A stretch of 64,000 bases of DNA from Octopus sinensis (taxonomy: Eukaryota): NCBI RefSeq assembly GCF_006345805.1, contig NC_043015.1:38254001-38318000 (forward strand). Reading direction: 5' to 3'. The notes under the pieces were generated by a model. It saw only the letters and a list, made by a program, of their open reading frames with translations. It was not told where the DNA came from and ran no database searches. Positions 13,500-64,000 of this stretch are shown here, one piece after another (the stretch's first letter is position 1; the number at the start of each line of letters is the position of its first letter). The position numbers and the translations under genes were made by a program.

Positions 13500-14470
13500 A
13501 GTCCCTGATCCTATTTGGTATTCAGTAATTATGACATTCAAACAATATCTGTTGCTCCACATCTCTATTATTTTGCGCTGGGTTATCTTTCGAACAAGAA
13601 TAAAATGCCTTCTTCTTGTTGGTGTTATTTTGTGTTTTTGCTGCATTTTACAAGTTTTTGCATCAGCCCCATCCTTCTTTCCTATCAGGTTCTCCAATCC
13701 TTTTCTTACCACTAGTTCTCTATTCATCTCTGGCTTTGATTCTATCCTCCATTCCCACAATATGATAGGGCAGCACCATTAAGTGTGGAAGGGGGGAGCA
13801 CCTATTTATCAACTTTGGGTATTGATGACAACATGGATTTTCCAACCTTCCACAAGACTGAAATTCAGTGTTACTGTTGTTTCTGCTGCAGATCACCTCT
13901 TTCTGCCTCTCACCCATGGTCATGGAATTCGAACCCTAAGCTTTCCAGTCAGTTTCTGGGATTTAAAAAAAGTGATAATCTCCTTTGTTAATCCCAGTGC
14001 TTCAACAAGTACTGTCTCTGGACCCTGCTATTGTCATTGTAATCCCTTTAGTTTTGTTTTTTAAACTTCTCAAGGCAGAAATCCTTCAGGTGGTTTCTGC
14101 TTCCACAAATGTAACAGCTAGGTCTTTTTCTCTGCACGGTCAGTCACATTGCTTTATCTCACATTGCTTGTTATGAATCTCAAGAAGGGCTCTAAGATCA
14201 TCAAAGGTTACAAGTACTTCGAGGTTCAAGCTAATCCCTCCAGGCCATACATCCCTCTACTTCTATATGCTAAAGAAGGACAATATCTAAAAAGACAATT
14301 AACTCTTCCCAATTCCTCAAGTATCCACCAAAGAATTTCATGCTGCTTTGATTTTGCCATTGTTTTTGTTCTCCTCCATGGTTATTGCAGTTGAATGGTT
14401 TAAGAGATTTATAGTTCAACTCATGCAGCAGATTTCATTCATATTCTCCCAGCTTATGGCGTCTCAATGT
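13500..14470 (-). mobile_element. Decayed LINE ORF1/gag-like remnant with CCHC zinc knuckle
   Basis: 14116-14075 encodes CYICGSRNHLKDFC (CX2CX4HX4C), preceded by TVQRKRPS. Stops and frameshifts surround it; extent approximate. Confidence 0.55.
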
Positions 14471-14499
14471 TACTTAAATCTTAACCATGTATATATATA

Positions 14500-14534
<35 letters not shown>

Positions 14535-14587
14535 CCACATTCTCGGAGTGGTTGGCATTAGGAAGGGCATCCAGCTATGCCTATATA

Positions 14588-14709
14588 AAAATATTTTCAT
14601 CACTTTCAGACCATGACCTGTTCAACGACACAAGATTCCGTGCTGCATCGATGCAGCACGGATTTTTGTCAGTGATCAGGTCATGGTCTGAAAGTGATGA
14701 AAATATTTT
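14588..14709. repeat. 122-bp near-perfect palindrome
   Basis: Perfect 33-bp arms at 14588-14620 / 14677-14709 and a perfect 26-bp central palindrome at 14637-14662. Confidence 0.95.
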
Positions 14710-14855
14710 GACAAATTAAATTTAAATGTTGAAGTGAATCTAACAGTTTTTGTGTGTTTCTTAAATGGGTTATTAAAACCCTCCATGCTGCAATTGTTTT
14801 CGTTGCAGCACACGATCTCAGATCAGGTCACTTGCTATGCAAGTACATCTCCGTA

Positions 14856-14910
<55 letters not shown>

Positions 14911-14917
14911 GCTATTG

Positions 14918-15168
14918 TTTAACAAGAATAGCATTGACAGTGACTTCGAAGTTTGGGCTAGCTAAGGTAAGCAAAGTTCTGTTGAATGACATCTTTCAAC
15001 GGAACTCACTTTACCCTCACCTTATCCTTGGTTGACCAAAACTTACCCTTGAAAATTCTAGCTTAACAGAAATTACATAAAGGCACAAAGAACCCAAATG
15101 TACCACAGTCTGACGATGGCAGAGTTGGCCAGAACTTCAAAGTCACTGTTGACACTATTCTTGTTAAA
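14918..15168. repeat. 46-bp imperfect inverted repeat (about 37/46) overlapping a hammerhead-like motif
   Basis: Arms at 14918-14963 and 15123-15168. Confidence 0.85.
15105..15149 (+). ncRNA. Degenerate type I hammerhead-like motif
   Basis: ACAGT-CTGACGA-TGGC AGAGTTG GCCA-GAA-CTT CA AAG-TC^ACTGT. Stems and the GUC site are intact, but the GAAA core is one A short. Confidence 0.55.
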
Positions 15169-15267
15169 GAATAAAAATAGCTGTACTCTACCACATGTAT
15201 TGAGTAATCCTTCCATTTAATATAAAATTTGTTCTTATTATATCATAAAAATAAACATGTATATGTA

Positions 15268-15298
<31 letters not shown>

Positions 15299-15315
15299 CA
15301 TCATCATCATCATCA

Positions 15316-15850
15316 TCATTGTTTAACGTCTGCTTTCCATGCTAGCATGGGTTGGACAAATGACTGAAATCTGGCGAACAAGATGGCTGCACCAGGCTTC
15401 AATCTTGATCTGGCAAAGTTTCTACAGCTGGATGCCCTTCCTAATGCCAACCACTCCGAGAGTGTAGTGGGTGCTTTTACGTGACACCGGCACGGAGCCA
15501 GTCAGGCGGCACTGGCAACGATCTCGCTCGAATCTCTTACACATGCCACCAGCACAGGTGCCAGTAAGGCGATGCTGGTAACGATCACGCTCGAATGGTG
15601 TCTTTTACGTGCCACTGGCACGGAGCCAGACAGCCGCTCTGGCAACGATCACACTCGAATGGTGCTCTTGGCACCCTACTAGCACGGGCACATGTGCCAG
15701 TAAGGTGACGCTGGTAACAATGACGCTCAAATGGTGCCTCTTAAGTGCCACTGGCATGGAGGCCGGTTAGCTGCTCTGTCAATGATCACACTCGTATGGT
15801 GCTCTTTGCAACCTGCTAGCATGGACACCAGTCATCGAATTTGATTTTGA
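15316..15850 (-). mobile_element. Family A repeat with 5-6 diverged units
   Basis: Same tail plus heterogeneous units, ending in gtcatcgaatttgatttt. Confidence 0.8.
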
Positions 15851-15852
15851 AT

Positions 15853-15883
<31 letters not shown>

Positions 15884-15904
15884 TATATATATAATATATA
15901 CATA

Positions 15905-15935
<31 letters not shown>

Positions 15936-17280
15936 ATATATATATATTAGTATATATATATATACATCCTTATATATACATATATACATTATATATATAT
16001 ATATATAATATATATATATAAATTATATATATATAGTATATATATCATCATCATCATATATATATTATATATATATATTACATCTCTATCTATCTCTCTA
16101 TCTATTTTATCACTTTATACCATTTCTTTCTCTCTCAGTAGAGTGTCCCCATCTCTACAACTGCTGCCATCCCTGCCCACCACCACCAGTATTGCCATCA
16201 CAGTCTCTTGAGGGTCATTCGTAACATCATAGATCTAAGCAAAGTAAATAATGTTCTACAAGCTGCAAGTGTCATGTTTTACACACACACACACATAGGA
16301 ACACAAAGACAACACACCCACACACACACACATACATACACACACAATGATACTATCTGTCCCAAATATTTGTATGGTTTTTAAATGGAAAACATGCTTA
16401 AAGCATGCATTACTTATGGAACATAATGTTGTGTGTGTGTGTGGCCGTATGTGTGTGAGGCCACGTGTGTGTGTGTGTGTGGGCGTGTGTGTGTGTGTGA
16501 GTGTAGACGTGTGTGTGTGTAGACATGTGTGTGTGGGGGGCGTGCATGTGTGTGTGAGTGTGGGCGTGTATGTGTTGTAGCCGTGTGTGTGTGTGGCCGC
16601 TCGTATGTGTGTGAGCATGTGTGTAGCCCTGTGTATGTGTGTGTGTGTGTGTGAGGCCGTGTGGGGGGGGGCGTGCGTGTGGGGGGGGGCGTGCATGTGT
16701 GTGTGTAGCGATGTGTGTGTGAGTATGGACGTGTATGTGTAGCCGTGTGTATGTGTGGCCGCTTGTATGTGTGTGGGCCTGTGTGTAGCCCTGTGTATAT
16801 GTGTGTGTGTATGTGTGTGTGTGGGTGTGTAATGCTGACTTGTAAGTCCTTCAGGTTTCAACTGCAAAACATGTTTACATTCTGCCTTACCACTGAGACA
16901 CACTTGTATATATCTTAATACATTACATGTGGTTGGTCATGGGAGGAGAGGAGGATAATATGCTTATCTGTCATCACATACAAACTCTATACATGTGTGT
17001 GTACGTGTGTGTATGTATATGTGTACATACATATATATATATAGATATATATCATCCTCATCATGATCTTCATCATTTAACGTCCACTTTCCATGCTGGC
17101 ATGGGTTGGAAGGTTCGACTAGGGTCTGAGAAGCCTGGAGGCTGCACCAGGCCCCAATCTGATTTGGGTGTTTCTACAGCTGGATGCCTTTCCTAATGCC
17201 AACCACTCCGAGGGTGTAGTGGGTGCTTTTTATGTGCCACCAGCACAGAAGCCAGTCAAGGCGGCACTGGCATTGATATA

Positions 17281-17600
17281 TACAATTTAGGATAAAATTT
17301 TTTTCAAGATGTGCCGAAGATTTTCTATTTTGGATATATTTGGGGTACTTAAGTCTGCTCAGGACTTGGTACTTGCCTTTTCCATGGGTATGAGTAAGTA
17401 TTTCACTTATATCTCACGTATTTATCGCTGAAGAGGGGAAAATTCTTTTGAATTAACCCCGAAATTGGGCAATACGGTAATAACGGATTTTTAGAAATTT
17501 CTATCGGGTGTTTCGAGACGCATAAATTATAATGGTTATTGACATTTTTGTCTTTTTTTCGGCAATATTGACATTAGAATTTTTCTTTTGCCCTCATTTG
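17281..17600 (+). mobile_element. Penelope-like (pLTR) non-coding fragment carrying the canonical hammerhead
   Basis: Discrete non-simple block between a SINE-like repeat and (TA)n that contains the hammerhead. The PLE assignment is inferred from the known PLE-hammerhead association. Confidence 0.5.
17422..17480 (+). ncRNA. Type I hammerhead ribozyme motif with canonical core
   Basis: TTATCG-CTGAAGA-GGGG(AA AATTC TTTT GAATT AA)CCCC-GAAA-TTG GG CAA-TA^CGGTAA. Stems I, II and III all pair. Predicted cleavage after 17474. Confidence 0.8.
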
Positions 17601-17604
17601 TAAA

Positions 17605-17680
<76 letters not shown>

Positions 17681-18208
17681 GATATATATATATATATATC
17701 TATATATACATATGCATATATCTGTAAATATATAAGTATATATTATATAGATGTATGCATTATAATATATTATGTGTGTGTGTGTGTATTATATATGCAC
17801 ACACTTATATATGCACATAAATATAAATATAACATACACATATAACTGTGCATTTACAATGGCACACACACACACACACACACACATACATATATCTACA
17901 GGCGTATGTATACTCATATTTATATACACACATACACAACCACACATATACACACCCATTCATGGGCCACATTTTTGTTCCATTATATTAACCTATGTAT
18001 TATTCATGGTTCTCTGATCCAAGACTGCTTTATTTAATGGGAGGAAGGCTATGGGTTGGTGCCTGGACATCAGTGAGGTGGACAGGGAGAGATAGAGAGA
18101 GAGAGAGAGGATGAGGGAGAATGAGAGAGAAGAGAAGAGATAGAGGGCAAGAGTGGGAGGGGTAAAAGAAGAGAGAGTCTCTGTTGGTATGTGTGTGTGT
18201 ATGCATGC

Positions 18209-18239
<31 letters not shown>

Positions 18240-18520
18240 TGCATGTTGTGTGTGTGTGTGTGTGTGCATGCATGTGTGTGTCTCCATGTGTTTCTTACAA
18301 TGAATGATAGCAAGCGGTGATGATGTTTATGTCCCACATGGACAGAAATTTATGCAGCTCACCAGTTCATGTAGGATTTCATGTAGAATTTGGGATCAAA
18401 ATGCTTTACTTAAAAACCAAATCTCAGCATCACAAAAGGCAGAAATAACAGAAATTTGAGCTGGGATTAAACAACAACAACAACAACAACAACATGGAGG
18501 AGGAGGAGGAGGAGACAAAC

Positions 18521-61333
<42,813 letters not shown>

Positions 61334-61651
61334 CTGAAATAAATGATTAGAAAACCATCAACATTGTCATTATCATAAATGAAAGAGTCCTTAGGCAGCC
61401 ACTCGACCTGCTAGAAATGATAGCCAAATGACCGCATATCACTCTGCTTTATTACAGAAAAAGGACATGTTTGATTATGTGACTCTAGGTTCCATGCAGG
61501 ATGGTCATACTTAGAAGGTCTCTGATCATATGTCTGTTCCATAAAGGTTGATTTAGGGCCAAACAACATTATCAACAGTTATTATCATAACTATCAACAC
61601 CATCACATATTCAACATCACTATCATCATCATAAAACCATCATCATCATCA

Positions 61652-61697
<46 letters not shown>

Positions 61698-62031
61698 GGT
61701 GGGGAACTGACAGAATCGTTAGCACGCTGGATGAAATGCTTAGCAATGTTTCATCTGCCACTATGTTCTGAGTTCAAATTCCAGTGAGATCGACTTAGCC
61801 TTTCATCTTTTCAGAGTTGATAAAGCAAGTACCAGTTATGCACTGGAGGCGATGTAATCAACTATACCCATCCTTCAAAATTTCAGGCCTTGTGCCTATG
61901 GTAGAAAGGATTATCATTGTTATTATTATTATTATTATCATTGTTCTATATTTTTGAGATGAGGAATTCTATACATTATTTACATTATTTACATTATTTA
62001 CGGATATTTGTTCTCATCTTGTTTGTTGTTC

Positions 62032-62076
62032 CCACAATGTTTCGGCTGATTTTCTCTCCAGCCTTCATCAGGTGTC
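62032..62076 (-). ncRNA. Minimal hammerhead-like motif (extra A after A9), partly decayed
   Basis: Minus strand reads GACAC-CTGATGA-A-GGCTG GAGAGAAAAT CAGCC-GAAA-CA-TT^GTG. Stem I is only 3 bp in this copy. Confidence 0.6.
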
Positions 62077-62146
62077 CTGGTAAAATTTTGAACCCAACTC
62101 TGGGTTCTCATTCTTCAGGTATTTTTTGCTGACTATTTATTCAAGG

Positions 62147-62490
62147 GTGAAGGCGCATGGCTTAGTGGTTAGAGCGTAGTGCTTATGATCGTGAGGTTGT
62201 GAGTTCGATTCCCGGACCGGGCTGCGTGTTGTGTTCTTGAGCAAGACACTTTATTTCACGTTGCTCCAGTTCACTCAGCTGTGGAAATGAGTTGCAACAT
62301 CACAGGTGCCAAGCGCTGTATCGGCCCCTTTGCCTTTCCCTTGGATAACATCAGTGGAATGGAGAGGAAGAGGTTGGAATGCATGGGCGACTGCTGGTCT
62401 TCCACAAACAACCTTGCCCAGACTTGTGCTTTGGAGGGTAACTTTCTAGGTGCAATCCCATGGTCATTTATGACCGAAGGGGGTCTCCTC
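62147..62490 (+). mobile_element. Full-length tRNA-derived SINE with 14-bp target-site duplication
   Basis: A box TGGCTTAGTGG, B box GTTCGATTCC, and a central domain (ttcttgagcaagacactttatttcac..gctccagttcactcagctgt). Perfect TSD ctatttattcaagg at 62133-62146 and 62491-62504. Confidence 0.9.
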
Positions 62491-62502
62491 CTATTTATTC
62501 AA

Positions 62503-62574
62503 GGCACTGCCTAGAATTGAACTCACAATCTTGGGGTTAGCAGCCTGTGCGCTTAACCATTATGCTACATGCCC
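62503..62574 (-). other. tRNA-derived (Pol III promoter-like) module, not a functional tRNA
   Basis: GGGCATGTAGCATAATGGTTAAGCG...GTGAGTTCAATTCTAGGCAGTGCC has A-box- and B-box-like motifs, but the acceptor stem pairs imperfectly. Confidence 0.6.
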
Positions 62575-62843
62575 GTGGTAACAACGAACAAGATGAGGAC
62601 ACACATCCATCCAATGAAAATAATGTAAATAATTATGGCAGAATCATTAGCAGGTGAGGCAAAATGCTTCGGGCTATTTCTATTGGTTGTTTACATTTTG
62701 AGTTCAAATCTTGGCAAGGCCAGCTTTGCCTTTCGCACCTTCAGGATAAAAAAAATAATAGTACCAGTCATATACTAGGGTCAAAGTAATGAACTTGCCC
62801 ACCCCCTCCACATTTAAGGCCTTGTGCCTCTGTTGGAAGTAAA

Positions 62844-62875
<32 letters not shown>

Positions 62876-63737
62876 GAAGTCAATGAAGGTGTTTATATGT
62901 GGTCAGCCTCCATGACAGAAATAACAGGGAAATTGCCTTCAAATTACACTATATAGGAAGCCATGGGATGATGTGACCCTGGGAGACATTAAAATGATGA
63001 TGAGGAGGAGGAGGAGGAGGAGGATTTACAGATATATGTATATACACACACATACACACGTATAAATATTGACTTCAAATTTTGACACAAGGCCAGCAAT
63101 CTTGGAGGCTGAGGTAAGTTATGACCTCATCCGCCATCAATACTTCAAAAAGGATGTAAAGCAAAGTCGATCTTGGCAGAATTTGAACTCGGAACATAAA
63201 ATGACAGATGTGATGTCACGAAACATATTACCCAGTGGACTAACAATTCTGCCAGCTCACCCACCACCACCACCACTACCACCACCCCCACCACCACCAG
63301 ATATAATTATTATCATCATCATCATCATCATCATCCGTTTACGTCTGTTGTTTTCTTTTACAATAATGTCTTTGTTTGGATAACAGGCAATTACCAGTCG
63401 GCCATGATCCTTCAGACATCTGACACAACAGCAGCAGCAGCAGCAGCAGCAACAAACACAACTGGCAACATCTGTTGTGCACAGCATGCGTGTGTGTGTG
63501 TGTGTGTGAGCATGTGCGTGTGTGCGTGTGTGTGTGTGTACTTTACATGGTATATATATCTATATGTGCATGTGAACATATGTAGAAAACACATCAATCC
63601 ACTTATGTTTATTTATTTGCTCATACACATCATATACATTAACTACGATGACAATATGTATAGATAAATAAATAAAGTTATAAATATGTATACATATACA
63701 TCTATCTATCCATCTATCTAGCTATCTATCTATCTAC

Positions 63738-63773
<36 letters not shown>

Positions 63774-63889
63774 CGGAGTAAACACATAAATGTGAAACAA
63801 GGTGGAAAAAAGAGTACTCAAATACCAGTGGTAGAGTAATATGCTTTTTTTAAAGCAGCAGAAAATTCAACAGTTTTTGCTAGAAAAAA

Positions 63890-63927
63890 CTGTCCGACGA
63901 ACGCCAACGTGAAACTCAGAGTAACAG
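63890..63927 (+). ncRNA. Hammerhead-like motif (U4C) enclosed by a 24-bp inverted repeat
   Basis: CTGT-CCGACGA-ACG CCAA CGT-GAAA-CTCAGAG-TA^ACAG. Flanked by a perfect inverted repeat at 63849-63872 / 63932-63955. Confidence 0.6.
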
Positions 63928-63967
63928 GTTTTGTTGAATTTTCTGCTGCTTTAAATAAAGTAAAGGG

Positions 63968-64000
63968 GGTTAAAGACCCCCTTCGGTCATGAATGACCAT
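63968..64000 (-). mobile_element. 3' end of another copy of the 62147 SINE family, truncated by the window edge
   Basis: agacccccttcggtcatgaatgaccat is the reverse complement of the 62460-62486 tail. Confidence 0.7.

Larger units (their letters stand above)
61945..62635 (-). mobile_element. Composite element: inverted tail copy + tRNA-like head + hammerhead + tail, interrupted by a SINE
   Basis: tRNA-like module at 62574-62503, hammerhead at 62076-62032, and an inverted repeat between about 62035-61975 and 62575-62632. The SINE is inserted at 62147-62490. Confidence 0.6.

Noticed and set aside
62080-62122. Second tandem hammerhead (CTGAAGA..GAACCC/GGGTTC..AAAA) on the minus strand
   Set aside because: Four extra core nucleotides, GAAA absent, and no stem I.
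62503-62574. Possible tRNA-Ser(GCT) gene
   Set aside because: The acceptor stem and arms pair poorly and it is embedded in a repeat. Kept only as a tRNA-derived module.

Overview
Eukaryotic, AT-rich, microsatellite- and SINE-saturated DNA. The repeat families look like octopod cephalopod (Octopus-like) repeats; this is an inference from pattern recognition, not a database result. The only protein-coding gene I can support is a partial METTL4 (MT-A70 family N6-adenine methyltransferase) on the minus strand. It has six in-phase GT-AG exons (61333-61111, 43225-43064, 42332-42266, 35105-34931, 19696-19489, 18612-18521; 927 nt = 309 codons), including the catalytic DPPW motif and the C-terminal LELFAR..GWTSWGNE motif. 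The start exon(s) and the terminal exon were not found. Almost all long ORFs in the supplied track are repeat artefacts. Introns and flanks contain RTE-like and R4/Dong-like LINE fragments, a zinc-knuckle ORF1 remnant, mariner remnants, a TA-flanked MITE, several tRNA-derived SINE families, and an RTE-tail-like repeat with a variable array of ~66-bp hairpin units (19 near-identical units at 7.3-8.6 kb). Most notable observations: (1) a decayed intragenic copy of the catalytic DPPW exon at 50.7-50.8 kb; (2) six type I hammerhead-ribozyme-like motifs in unrelated Penelope-like repeats, one with a fully canonical core at 17422-17480; (3) a composite element at 61.9-62.6 kb (tRNA-like head + hammerhead + tail) whose inverted tail copy starts exactly at the predicted cleavage site; (4) a 122-bp near-perfect palindrome at 14.6-14.7 kb. 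All alignments were done by hand and most repeat boundaries are approximate.
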